From positions 78,926,001 through 78,990,000 of the forward strand of contig NC_083234.1 of assembly GCF_032191835.1 (NCBI RefSeq): a stretch of DNA of 64,000 nucleotides, read 5' to 3'. Position 1 is the stretch's first letter. Every line of letters begins with the position of its first letter. The stretch is from Heteronotia binoei (lineage: Eukaryota). This document shows, piece after piece, positions 1-61,004 of the stretch. Both the position numbers and the translations under genes were made by a program. The notes below the pieces were generated by a model. The model was not told the DNA's origin. It saw only the letters and a program-made list of their open reading frames with translations, and searched no databases.

Positions 1-131
1 TTTCCAGTGGAGAGAAATAAATAAAGGAGCGCAGTCCCTTTAAATTTGATGGCCAGAACTCCCTTTGGCGTTCAATTTGTCACGCCGTGGCTCCACCACC
101 TCCAAGTCCCTGAGCCGGACTCGGCAACCCT
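1..131. mobile_element. Right end of a TAGGGTTGCC-TIR hAT-type MITE in SURF1 intron 1
   Basis: ccctttaaatttgatggccagaactccctttgg...ggcaaccct matches the 3' part of the full copy at 43453-44127. Confidence 0.65.
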
Positions 132-220
132 GGGAGGCTTCCCTGGCACAGCCGTCAAGCGCCGCCCTCCCCCTCCTCGGAAGGGCGCCCTGCAGACGAC
201 CCACCACGCCCACCTCCTAC

Positions 221-283
221 CTGTCTTTTGCCCCAGACGCCCCGCAGACCACGATCGCCTAGCAACCGCAACCAGCCGGCCAT
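221..283 (-). CDS. SURF1: SURF1 coding exon 1 (MAGWLRLLGDRGLRGVWGKRQ); rest of gene lies left of the window
   Basis: ATG at 283, then 63 nt of Arg/Leu-rich, acid-poor sequence resembling a mitochondrial presequence, ending at a CAG|GTAGGA donor. Head-to-head with SURF2 across an ETS/YY1 promoter, which is the known Surfeit arrangement. Identity rests mainly on synteny. Confidence 0.75.
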
Positions 284-698
284 TTTTTTCTCCACTTTTC
301 CCTTCCGGGTCACCTGACTTTGGCTTCCGGCACCTACCGGAACTTGAACTAGAGTCACTTCGTTAGAATTACCGGTGGGGAAGGAGAGAGATGACTAGGC
401 CTCAGAGCCCGCCACAGTCTTTAAATCGTGGGTTGGTGAACGAGACGGAGCTGTCACCACCGGAAGTGACGTATAGGGCGACTCCCACACCCTTTATGGT
501 TCTTCTCCCGCTTGTTTGGCCTGCCTCAGGTAACGAGCCGAACCTCGAGCGGAAGTGACAAATTCGCGAGGGCGCATTTCCGGTGCCCAGCGAGCGCCGG
601 AAGTGAGGTAAGGCCAAGTCGCTCGGATTGGCTCCTCGCTTGGCGGGCGGCGCCGGTAGCCACGCCCCCGCCGGCGCAGGCCCAGAAGCGCGCGGGCC

Positions 699-700
<2 letters not shown>
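270..700. promoter_or_regulatory. SURF1/SURF2 bidirectional CpG-island promoter with ETS(GABP), ETS-CRE and YY1 motifs
   Basis: CCGGAAGT at 460-467 and 597-604, GCGGAAGT at 549-556, CCGGAA at 337; reverse cores at 302-308, 324-330 and 577-583. CCGGAAGTGACGT composite at 460-472. YY1-type AAAATGGCC on the minus strand overlaps the SURF1 ATG. No TATA box seen. Confidence 0.8.
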
Positions 701-7222
<6,522 letters not shown>

Positions 7223-8872
7223 CCATCTTGAGGTTGCAATCTGTGATTTCTTTCAAAAACATTAAATGCCCCTTATACTCTTTCCGTGTGCAATTTATAG
7301 ATGCTTTGCAAAGGAGCCCAAATAATGTACGTGTGATTCTTGCCAGCTCTGCTGTGGACTTTAAAAACCTTTCTGTACTAGATCACTTGCTGAAGGCAAT
7401 TTTCCTTGCTGTTAGGGGAAGCAGGCAAGATGGGCACTTAGAGCATGAGTGTGTTTGGGTCAGAGCTTGGTGTAGCTGAGTACAACCAAAAAGGTGGACC
7501 TGGACCACTAACAGCAGCACTTTCCCCTGGCCTAAGGAACCTTTTGCTCCTGCAGCAGCCTCCAGCACAGACCTTTACTTCAAATTCTCTTCCAGCAACA
7601 CACGATACTGCAGTCGAGCCAGTGCAAGATGCAGATCCTTATCGAAAACTGACATTTGGATCAAGACCATGGTACAGAAATCCTACAGGTGGAGCCTAGA
7701 GATCTCTTCAGAGTTACAGCTGATCCCCAAATGAAATAAATAAGTTCTGCTGAAGAAATGGCATTATACCCTGCAGAGTGTTTCCCTAGGCTCCACCCCC
7801 AAATATCTAGGAATTTAAACTTTGCTTTGTTCAAGCCTCTTCTCTCCCCCCGCCCCCCAAAAAATCCCACTACTTGATGAGGCGTAGTAGTGCTGCGGGT
7901 CAAGGTAGTACCAAAGCAGCCCAACTTAAGCCCCCTGCTGTCATGAGACAGCTTCCCCACAAGAGACTGGAGTGCAACCACCGTGCCACCTTCCTGTTAG
8001 AAGGAGAGGCAGTGGTAAAGCTTCTGCCCTTAAAAGATCCAGATTGTTCTCTGGAAATGCATAGCTAGTCATCCAAAGTGCAACAAAAACAGTAAATGTG
8101 ATAGGGGAATATGTTGTTTCCCCATCCCTTTCAAGGAATCTAGCTACCTAGGCCTTTCCTGCCATTGGTCACAAGGGTGAATCTCCCTTCTCTTTAAGAT
8201 GAACAGTGCCCTCCTTGGGGTACTGTTAGATAAATTCTGGAAACACCAACAGTTCAAAATGACCACTAAACCATGTTCTCTGCTTCCTTCTAGCAGAAAA
8301 AGGGACAGACGGGGTTGGGTATGTTTAGCCTTAAAACAGCACTCCAGGACTCATCCTGACGAATTTCTCTTTGGAAACATTTTATCCAGCCTCAAGGAAG
8401 GTTGTAATGAACTCAAAAGCTCAATGCATCATTTGGTTAGTCCTAATCAAAAGTATTCCGGAGACACAGTTTTTTAAAAAAAAATCATTTGGGAGTGACA
8501 GTGTTGTCTGCTGCTAGGTCACGCCAGCTTGGAGCTGGCTGGCCGCAGCAGTGGCCCAAGAGGGGAGGATTGTCCTGGTCCTGTTTTGCTTCTGAGACTG
8601 AGCCCCTGGTGGCAGAACTGGAATTAGATGCAAGGGAGGCTGCTGCTGATGCACACGGAGGGGCTTCAATGGTGCTAATGTCTGCTTCCCTCCCCCAGCT
8701 TCAGAGCAACAGATCCCAGAGACACTTTTCAAATAAAATGTGGATCTGAACAAACCAAGCTACCGTGGAATGGGCTTTGATGCTCTCCTTGTTTGTTTAA
8801 AAGCATAGAGAAGGATTCCTCTGGTACAGCCTTTCCCAATTTTAATGTGATTGATCCAGATTGCCTCTAAAC

Positions 8873-9010
8873 CGGGGGTAGGGAATGATGGCTCTCCAGA
8901 TGTTTTTTCTGCCTACAACTCCCATCAGCCCCAGCCAGCATGGCCAATGGCTGGGGCTGATGGGAGTTGTAGGCAAAAAGCATCTGGAGAGCCAATGTTC
9001 CCTACCCCTG
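8873..9010. mobile_element. Palindromic hAT (Charlie-like) MITE, 138 bp
   Basis: Perfect 8-bp TSD ctctaaac at 8865-8872 and 9011-9018. CGGGGGTAGGGAA...TTCCCTACCCCTG TIRs; the whole element is a near-perfect fold-back. Confidence 0.9.
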
Positions 9011-9156
9011 CTCTAAACAGATGCTCACGGGCAGGTCTAACACAGGCCCCTGTAGTATTCTACAATGCTGCCCAACACAGGTAACTTTAAACCCCAATGA
9101 TTTCAAGGGAAAAGATTTCAGCACCTACCCAGCACTGGACCAGTGCAGATTAGCAC

Positions 9157-9290
9157 TATCTCAGAAGCTAAGCAGGGTCAGCCCTGGCTAGTGCTTGGGT
9201 GGGAGACCATGAAGGAAGTCCAGGCTCATGCAGAAACAAGCAATGGCAAAACCACCTCTGCAGGTCTTTTGCCTTGAAAACTCTGAAGGC
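9157..9290 (+). mobile_element. 5S rRNA-derived SINE with RTE/BovB-like tail
   Basis: 5S A/C-box region (tctcagaagctaagcagggtc...gtgcttgggtgggagacc) fused to a gcaatggcaaa..cacctctg..ttgccttgaaaa tail. Related copies at about 18580-18720(-), 22940-23090(+), 30131-30312(-), 30335-30460(-), 38415-38730(-) and 45135-45295(-). Confidence 0.75.
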
Positions 9291-9891
9291 AGCTATGATC
9301 TGGCTGCAAAAACAGAAGCCCATCCCAAGGAAATGGATAACGCTGAAACGAAAGCTCTTTCGGTGAACCAGGCCCCAACTGCATCTCATAAACCCACCTT
9401 CCCTTAGCACCAGCTGCACTCAATCCATCCCTCAGAGGGCCAGTTCTCAACCTGGGGTGACTTGTTTAATTACAAGAATGTAAACAAAACAAAAAAAATT
9501 TAACCATCACACTGAAAAGTATACAACAGGTTATCTGATCACAGTAGTTTAAATTTTTTTAAAAAAAAATGAAAGAGAAAAGGGGGGGGCTGTGGTGTGC
9601 CCCCCACCCAGTGGCCCCAGCTAGCCAGTTTCTTTACTCCAATTTTAGGGAATTACAAAAGAGAGAGAACAACGGTGACCCTGGGCAAGCGTTCCTCTCA
9701 AAGCATGATCAAATTTTGGATTCTCAGTGCGGCTGGACACTTTTTAAAAACTCCAGAAAAATCTGTGCCTTGAACAAGGGAACTCGGGCACACCTATGTA
9801 AAATGCTGGCATGGGAATTTTCTCCCATGAATTCCTCTTGCGAGTCAGTTCCCAGGCTCTGAGATGATGGGGGGGGGGGTCCTCTCCCCTT

Positions 9892-29286
<19,395 letters not shown>

Positions 29287-30629
29287 GGCTGCCGGCGGCA
29301 AAGGAAGGTGGCTCGGCCGCCCCGCTCGGCCGCCGCTGGCTGCTGCTGGAGCGCGACTGAGCGCACAGGAAGGGGCTCGGCTCCGGCTCCGGCGCTCGCC
29401 TCCTCGCCACTGCCACGTAGGCCAGCTCTTAAAGGCGCCGCCGCTGGAGAAGGGCGCAAGGGCGCGCGCGCCGCCGAGCCTCGCCTGGGGAGAGGCGCGC
29501 TGCAACGGGGCCTTGCCTTGACACGTGTGCAGCCGAGAGGGGCTCGCTCGCTCGCTCCCCTGCACGGCAGCCTCCCGCGAGGAGTCCCGGAGGGCAGGGA
29601 AGAGCAGCGCTGCACCAGACAATGAATGAAAAGTAGAAGCTTCCCCCTCCCCACGCGCATTTCTATGGAGCTTCCTGGGTGTTCCAATCCAAAGCGACAC
29701 ATTCGCTTGCTGCAACATCTGCGACAACCGGGGGTCATTTTTGCAGAAAAACAGGCGGTGGAGCTCATCCGGGGATCGTTATGCAGCTGCACATACTAGT
29801 CCGTGGACAAGGAGGTGGAACTCTCAGAAGGCTTCAGGAGCTGCGCTCCTGTGAGCTCCCACTGAATCGGAGGCCTAGCGACAACCCTGTAAGGCAGGCC
29901 ACTCTGACCAGCCCCAGGCTGTGGATCGGGTGGGGGCTGAGACGTAGGATCGCCAACTCAGCCTTGTTACATTCCTGGAGATTTGCAGGCAATGCCTGGG
30001 GATAGTGGAGCCCGGAGAAGGGATGCAATGCTCCAAAGGCCAGCCTCTAAAGCTGTCGTTTCCTACAGGGCAGCTGGTCTCTGAGGCCTTGGAGTGATGG
30101 TGAGAAGTGCCTTCAAGCTGCCCCGGAACAACTTATGGTGACCCCTGTAGGGTTTTCAAGGCAAGAGAGGCACTGAGGTGGTTTCCCATTACCTGCCTCT
30201 GCATAGCAATCCTGGACTTCCTTGGTGGTCTCCCAATCGAAGTTCTAACCAGGACCAACCTTGCTAAATTTCAGAGAGATGTAAGGAGATCAGGCTAGCC
30301 TGGGCCATCTAGGTCAGAGCAGAGACAAACCGAGGTGATTCACCATTGCCTGCCTCCGCATAGTGACCCCAGACTTCCTTGGTGGTCTCCTGCCCCTGCA
30401 CTAACCAGGGTTGACCCTGCATAGTTTCTGAGTCCCTACAAGCTCAGGCCAGCCTGGGCTCTCTAGAGGGCCTGGAGGGTTATAAATCTAGGAGAACTCC
30501 AGGCCCCAGCAGGATGCTGCCAACTCTAGACCTGAAAGAGAGAGCCTATGAATATCATGGCAGAAGTGAGATCTGAACTCCAGTTTGTAGCATATAGTCT
30601 TTGTGCACACAGATGTATTGCAGCATCGC

Positions 30630-30910
30630 ATACATCGGGGATCCCCAACCTTTTTAAGCCTGTGGACATCTTTGGAATTCTGGCACACCATCAGAGGCAC
30701 AGACCCAGCGACAAAATGGCTGCCACGGCTTGCCTGTCTTGTGCTACGGTGACAGCTGCTGCCCAAGCCATGTTTTTAAAAGTTGCACAGCCAATCAAGT
30801 CTTTAGGGCCAATCAGAAGCCATGCTGCTCAAAAGCCCCATATGGCCACACCCACTTTCTAATATTCACTGGGTGGGTGCCAGCTAGGAAGGGTGTAGGG
30901 CAGAGGTGTT
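30630..30910. mobile_element. hAT-type MITE fragment; related reverse fragment at about 59050-59375
   Basis: cggggatccccaacctttttaag TIR-like start; shared caaaatggctgcc and gcacagccaatc..ggccaatcagaagcc blocks. Confidence 0.55.
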
Positions 30911-32280
30911 GAACTCATTTGTTATGAGAGCTGGAATTGATATAAATGAGACCTTGTTGGGCCAGGCTATGTGTGTACCTATTTAAGATTAGGCTGCAGA
31001 GATAAACTTTTTAAAGGACATAGACAAACATGACTAAAGGTGTTTTAAAAAAAACTTTAGACATTAGCACTTGTTGGTCTTAAAGGTGCTTTCTTCATAT
31101 TTCTCCCATGGGATCCAGGGAACTGGGCAAAGGAAGCTCTGGCTCTTTCCTTCCCCAGGGGACCAGGAGGGGGAAGAACCAATGGAGAAAATCAAGGTTT
31201 TGCTCTGTAAAAGGTAAAGGTCCCCTGTGCAAGCAATTGCACAAGCCTGGCAAAGCAAACTGTGATGCAGAAGGAAACGAGAGAGGGAGAAGGAAGCAGA
31301 TAACAGCCAGCTGCCCCGGGGGGGGGGCTGATAGGAGCCCTTCGGGGGCCTGATTTGGCCCCTGGGCCACTTGTTTGACACTCCTGGATAGCAGGATTCC
31401 CTGGCATCCATACCAACAGCACAGGTGGCTTTTTCTGGCTGTGCATCCTCGAATGCTGGCAGTAGCATTCTGGCCAGGCATGAAAGATGATGGCCTTCTG
31501 TCAGTGGAGTTTGTCCATATATTTGCGTTGCTTCCGCCCAGGGAGCCAGGGTTGCTTCCACCCACAGGAACTTGCCCCTCGCCAAACACAGGCAGCCATT
31601 GCAGGCCTAACTGACATGAGAACCATTTTCTGCTGGAGATTTGCATTGATTCTGACAGCTGATTGCTGGCATGTGCCTCTCAGCGTATTCTTTATGGCAA
31701 GCAGGCAGGCAGTTAGCAGTAGCTGCAAGCAGCCCTGTTGGTCCACAAAGCCAATATCCAATTTATGTAATGCTTTTTATTAGAACCAACCAAAATATCT
31801 ACATTTTGTGATATTTTGGTTGGTCTTAATGAAGGCATCACACAATTTTGCTCTATGAATTCATTTATTAGCATACATAAAACAATGGTGTTTTTTTTTC
31901 CTGGAAAAAGATGCTGGAACTCTCAAGAGGGAAATGAAGGAGAAACACACGTTGCTCCTCACGAAATTTTAAACATTTTTTGGAGAATTTTGTTTCCACA
32001 AAGAGATTCTGGAACATTGTTCTGCCACATTCCCCTAGGGGAGAAAAGCCACGCATAACCCTACACTCCCTCTTGTCACCAAAGTTCTGTTTTTACTTTT
32101 TTTACATGCACAGGAAGTTTGCCCTTTAAAAAAAAAATCCTCTTTGTGTGTGTTAGGTGCTATCTGGACACATGGTGACCCTAACAGTGTTCTCCAGAAT
32201 GCCCTGTTGCTAGCAGCCATTTTCACGTCCTGCAAACGGAGGGCTGTGGCGTCTTTTATTGAGTCACCATCTCATTTTGG

Positions 32281-32530
32281 TAGATTCAGGTAGGTGGGTA
32301 GCCATGTTGGTCTGAAGCAACAGAACTAACTTTGAGTCCAGTAGCACTATTAAGACCAACTAAGTTTAATTCTGCATATAACCTTTCGTGTGCATGCATA
32401 CTTCATCAGATATCTTTTGTGTGCATGCATATGTCTTCAGATATCTAAAGACGCGTGCGTGCAGACGAAAGCTTATATCCAGAAATAAAATTTGTTGGCC
32501 TTAATAGTGCCACTGGACTCAAACTTTGTT
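32281..32530. mobile_element. Palindromic Penelope-like element with 14-bp TSD
   Basis: Flanked by ccatctcattttgg (32267-32280) and ccatctcatgttgg (32531-32544); contains two head-to-head degenerate hammerhead cores. Confidence 0.75.
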
Positions 32531-32845
32531 CCATCTCATGTTGGGTCTCCTCTTTCCCTGCTGCCTTCAGTAATTCACTTTAGGTTGGTCCTAATAAAGT
32601 TATTGCCCACCTGCAGTTTTGGAACTCTTTTACGGACAGAAATGGCTCCCTCCAAACTTCCTCTGGGAGAGAGGCAGGGGAGCCCACTCTGGACTGAGAT
32701 ATTCCTGGAGATTTGGGGACGGGGAGGGCAAAGTTCAGGGAGGAGAGGTACCTCAGTGGAGCATATTAAGAGTTGGTTGCCAGCCTGCAGGTGTGGCCTG
32801 AAGATCTCCTGTTTTTACAACTGATCTCCAGCTGTAAGACCCCAT

Positions 32846-33135
32846 GCCGCAGAGTGGTAAAGCTGCAGTACAGCAGTCCAAGCTCTGCTCATGACCTGAG
32901 TTCGATCCTGACAGAAGCTGGGTGTTCAGGTAGACTCCAGGTTGACTCAGCCTTCCATCCTTCCGAGGCTGGTAAAATGAGTACCCAGCTTCCTGGAGGA
33001 AAAGTGTAGAGGACTGCGGAAGGCAATGGCAAACCACCCCATTAAGAAGTCTGCCATGAAAACTTTGTGATGCGACGTCACCCCAGAGTTGGAAATGACT
33101 GGTGCTTGCACAGGGGACTACCTTGACCGTTTTTT
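32846..33135 (+). mobile_element. Sauria-like tRNA SINE, near full length
   Basis: gcagagtggtaaagctgcagtac head, ccttccatccttccgagg core, and gcaatggcaaaccacccc...gacgtcaccccagag...gcacaggggactacctt tail. Confidence 0.8.
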
Positions 33136-33413
33136 TCCAGCTTACAGAGAAACGCTCCCCTGGAGAAAACGGCTGCTTTGAAGGTGGGCTCTAGGGCATT
33201 GTGTCATGCTGAGTGAGGCCCCCTCGCCTGGATCCACCCTCAAAGTCTCCAGGTATTTTCCAACCCAGAGGTGGCAACCCCAGGAGTCCACCTTGTGAGA
33301 CAGCCATTTCCTCCAGGGAACCTGATCTCTGTAGTCTGGAAAGCAGATTAATTTTGAGACATCTCCAGACCCAGCCTTGAGGTTGGCAAGCCTAATATTA
33401 AGAGAGCACTTTG

Positions 33414-34020
33414 CATAAGAACATAAGAGAAGCCATGTTGGATCAGGCCAATGGCCCATCCAGTCCAACACTCTGTGTCACAGTGGCCAAAAATTTTTAT
33501 ATATATATAAAATTTTATATATTTTTATATATAAATTTTATATATATATATACACATACACACACACACTGTGGCGAATAGCCACTGATGGACCTGTGCT
33601 CCATATTTTTATCTAAACCCCTCTTGAAGGTGGCCATGCTTTTAGCCGCCACCACCTCTTGTGGCAGTGAATTCCACATGTTAATCACCCTTTGGGTGAA
33701 GAAGTACTTCCTTTTATCCGTTTTAACCTGTCTGCTCAGCAATTTCATCGAATGCCCACGAGTTCTCGTATTGTGAGAAAGGGAGAAAAGTACTTCTTTC
33801 TCTACTTTCTCCATCCTATGCATTATCTTGTAAACCTCTATCATGTCACCCCGCAGTCGACGTTTCTCCAAGCTAAAGAGCCCCAAGCGTTTCAACCTTT
33901 CTTCATAGGGAAAGTGCCCCAGCCCTTTAATCATTCTAGTTGCCCTTCTCTGGACTTTCTCCAGTGCTGTAATATCCTTTTGGAGGTGCGGCGACCAGAA
34001 CTGCACACAGTACTCCAAAT
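33414..34020 (-). mobile_element. 5'-truncated CR1 LINE
   Basis: ORF MEYCVQFWSPHLQKDITALEKVQRRATRMIKGL...FFTQRVINMWNSLPQEVV is the CR1 ORF2 C-terminus; 3' tail (TTCTTATG)n at 33414. Confidence 0.92.
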
Positions 34021-34186
34021 GGCTCAGAGATGCGCAGTCCGAAGAGTCCGCGGGGGGGATGGCAAAAAGAAAGCCCGTTGTTGGGGGCCGCGGGCGCAGG
34101 AGGGGCGGGGGAGGGGGGGCGTCTTGCTGCCTTTCCCGCGGGGCGGGGGGGGGGGGTTGAGCCGTTAGCGCCGCCCCTGCTCAGCC

Positions 34187-58007
<23,821 letters not shown>

Positions 58008-58354
58008 GTGAGTGAACGTTGCTGTCTTCTGTGTCTCCCACCAGTCTCTGTGTCAAAGGGCCTGGGTCCCAGCATGAAAGGAACGAAAAGCCCACTTGTC
58101 TAAGAAGGACAGTGATGTCTTTACAGGCATTCTGCTGTTATTTCTAGCAGGCCAGAAGGCCACAGATGGGTAATCCATGGCGGGCCACACTTGCAGGCGG
58201 ACACTGGGACTGAGGCCCAGTGAATTCTTAGCCATTGTTACAAAAGCCACCTCGACCATTTCTGCATCTCCACTGTGGTTTGTGTCCCACCGGTTGAGAA
58301 TCACAGACCTAGCCCCAAATGTTGGGTACATTAGGCAAAGTAGTTGCCCATCTG

Positions 58355-58780
58355 AAGTCCTATGAAGAAAGGTTGAAGGAGCTGGGGATGTTTAGCCTGG
58401 AGAGGAGGCGACTGAGAGGTGATAGGATCACCATCTTCAAGTACTTGAGCTGTCAGAGAGAGGATGGTGTGGAATTGTTTTCTCTGGCCCCAGAAGGTAG
58501 GACCAGAACCAATGGGTTGAAATTAAATCAAAAGAGTTTCCGACTCAACATTAGGAAGAACTTCCTGACTGTTAGAGAGGTTCCTCAGTGGAACAGGCTT
58601 CCTCGGGAGGTGGTGGGCTCTCCTTCCTTGGAGGTTTTTAAACAGAGGCTAGGTGGCCATCTGACAGCAATGAGGATCCTGTGAGTTTAGGGGGAGGTAT
58701 TTGTGAATTTCCTGCATTATGCAGGGGGTTGGACTAGATGACCCTAGAGGTACCTTCCAACTCTAGGATTCTATTATTCT
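58355..58780 (+). mobile_element. 5'-truncated CR1 (same subfamily as the 43105-44400 portion)
   Basis: [31 protein letters not shown]...[25 protein letters not shown] and a ttccaactctaggattctattattct tail. Confidence 0.92.
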
Positions 58781-60177
58781 TTCTTCCAGCTAGGATCATT
58801 TTTGCACAGTAACTCTGTTCTTGGATTAGTCATCACTCGTTTTGAGTCCAGCCAGCAGTGGTTAGAGGGGCAGCAATGCCTGCTAATAATGTCAGCTAAT
58901 AATGTCAGGGTGACTCACCTCATGCTTGAACTGCTTGAAGAGGGCTTGAAGAGACCTTCTGCTGACACAGGAAGGCAGCTGTGGTGCTCTTTGGGTAGCT
59001 CAACAGTTCAGTCCAGACTCCACAGCCACTGGCATGAAATGAAAGCCATATCTTAAGTGTCCCCATCGTGGTGCCTGTGGGTGCCATGGCACCCATCAAC
59101 AGCCTTTCTGGTGCTTGCCAAGTGATTTTAGTAAGTGGACAGAGCCAGGAGGGGCTTTTGCCCAGCAAGGCTTCTGATTGGCCATGGGAGATTTAATTGG
59201 CTGTGCAGGTTTTTTTAAAAAAAATTGCATTGGCAGCAGCTGCCACCACAGGACAAGGATCTTCACTGTGTGACTGAAGCTAAGCTGCAGCAGCCATTTT
59301 GTGGCTGGCTCGGCCTCCTTTGGCAGCCATTTTGTGATACACTCTGTCAGAATTCTGAAGGTGCCTCCAGGTGTCCTATGTGAACTGAGTTCGCAGACTA
59401 AGGTCTCTTTCATTAGCTGCTTACCAGCATGAACAGCATTTGAGTTCTCTTTTATGAGCTTTGGTAGCTCACTCCCATTTGCAAGAGGGCAGGGGGTGGG
59501 AGTAGGGAATTCTGCCAAGGCTTCTGCAGCTGCTCACACAGAAAAGAGCAGGTTGATGTATGATAAGATTTATGCCCACCTTTCCTTGGGGCTCAAGGCA
59601 TCTTACATATCACAACTGAAAAATAGCAATTAAACCCAAAAGAAGAAAACTCTCTAGAAAGGCCCTCCTTTCTCCTCGAAGAAACGAGGAGGCTGAAGTT
59701 GGTTCTGCTGAATTTACACATAAGTCACAAATAAGGAATGAATAAGGAACTGGGAATAAGGAACCAGCCTCCTAAAGAAACCCGCAGTTTTGGCATTAAA
59801 AGCCCTAACAAGTGAAGCGGTCTTGCAGTGTCTCCTGAAGATTTATTCATTTATGCAAACCTCTCCTGCCTTTCCTCTTGGCTGAAGGTCGGCTTGCCAA
59901 TCCCCAGGTCCCAGCAGGGGATTCCCCGCTTTTGAAGGCTCCTTCCCGCCCCCACAGCCAGCACCTGCCTTTCCACTTTAGAACTACAGCAGGGGTGGCC
60001 AAACTGCGGCTCGGGAGCCACATGTGGCTTTTTAAAGTTTCCTCTGTGGCTCCCAAAGCTGTCTCCCCACCCCATGTATCCCAGACCCCGTTTTGAAAGC
60101 GGAAAGCTAGTAAAAAAAAAATAAAGCAAAGAGGAGGGTGGGAAGGCAGGCTAGAGCAGCCAGGAGTCTCTGTTCAC

Positions 60178-61004
60178 CAGGGCCGGATCTAGAGGGGGGC
60201 AGAAGGGGTGGCTTGCCCCGGATGCTGCATGGGGAGGCCTGCCAAATTGGGCGCCCAGGCTGGAGGGTGCATGCCTGCCGCCCCGCTCCACAGCGCCCTC
60301 CGCGCCTCCCCCTCTCCATGCTGCACCCCCTCCTCCCTCCCTTCCCCACCCCAGGTCTATTTCAATGCCGGGAAGGGGGATCGAGCTCCCCCCCTCACTC
60401 AGCACTCCCTCAGCAGCGGTGCAGCCAGCAGCAGCAAGAATGCCCCGGGTCCTGAAAGCTGCTGCCTCCTCCCCGCTTCCTGGATGGGAGGGGGGCACCT
60501 TTCGATAGCCTGGGATGGGAGTGCGCCCCGGCCCTCTGGGCGTTCCTGGCGAGGAGGCTGAAGAAGCCCCAGCGGGACCAGGAGCACGTCAGGGGGCGGT
60601 GAGGGGAAAGCCTGCTGCCCGGGCTGTGAAGCAGGGGTGCTGCAAGGAGCCGCCCCCACTCTGCCTGCCCTGGCCGCCTCTCCACTGGCCTGGCCGGAGG
60701 CTCGGGGCACTCCTCAGCCTCACCAGCCCCTGGCTTGGAAGGGTCCTGCAGGCAGCAGTTGGGGGGCTGCTGCTGGGGTGTGAGTTGCAGGCAGCCAGCG
60801 GCATCTGGCCTCCTTTTGGAAGCCCTGTTGGCAAGGAAGGGGGGCGGGCGGTGTGCAGCGGAAAAGGGGAAAGGAAGGTCCCCCGTGCAAGCACCAGCCC
60901 TGTCCGGCTCTGGGTGACGTTGCTTTCACAGGGTGGTTTGCCCTGGCCTTCCCCAGCCATCTACAGCGAGGGTAGAGGAAAGAAGCCCTCCCCCTCCCCC
61001 GAGG
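60178..61004. mobile_element. Probable GC-rich non-autonomous hAT element, left part
   Basis: Starts with a CAGGGCCGGATCTAG TIR-type sequence; the CpG-rich body has no spliceable STKLD1 frame. The right TIR is not in the window, so the call is tentative. Confidence 0.5.

Noticed and set aside
9157-9225. 5S rRNA gene
   Set aside because: Only the internal promoter portion matches, with many substitutions, and it is fused to a retroposon tail in multiple copies.
58802-59056. 84-aa ORF downstream of the CR1 as a STKLD1 or REXO4 exon
   Set aside because: No phase-compatible splice sites and no recognisable kinase, ARM or exonuclease motif.
60355-60561. Strong polypyrimidine-CAG acceptor at 60354 as possible STKLD1 exon 14
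   Set aside because: The required phase hits TGA at 60453-60455, the peptide does not resemble the expected ARM-like exon, and it lies in a probable hAT element.
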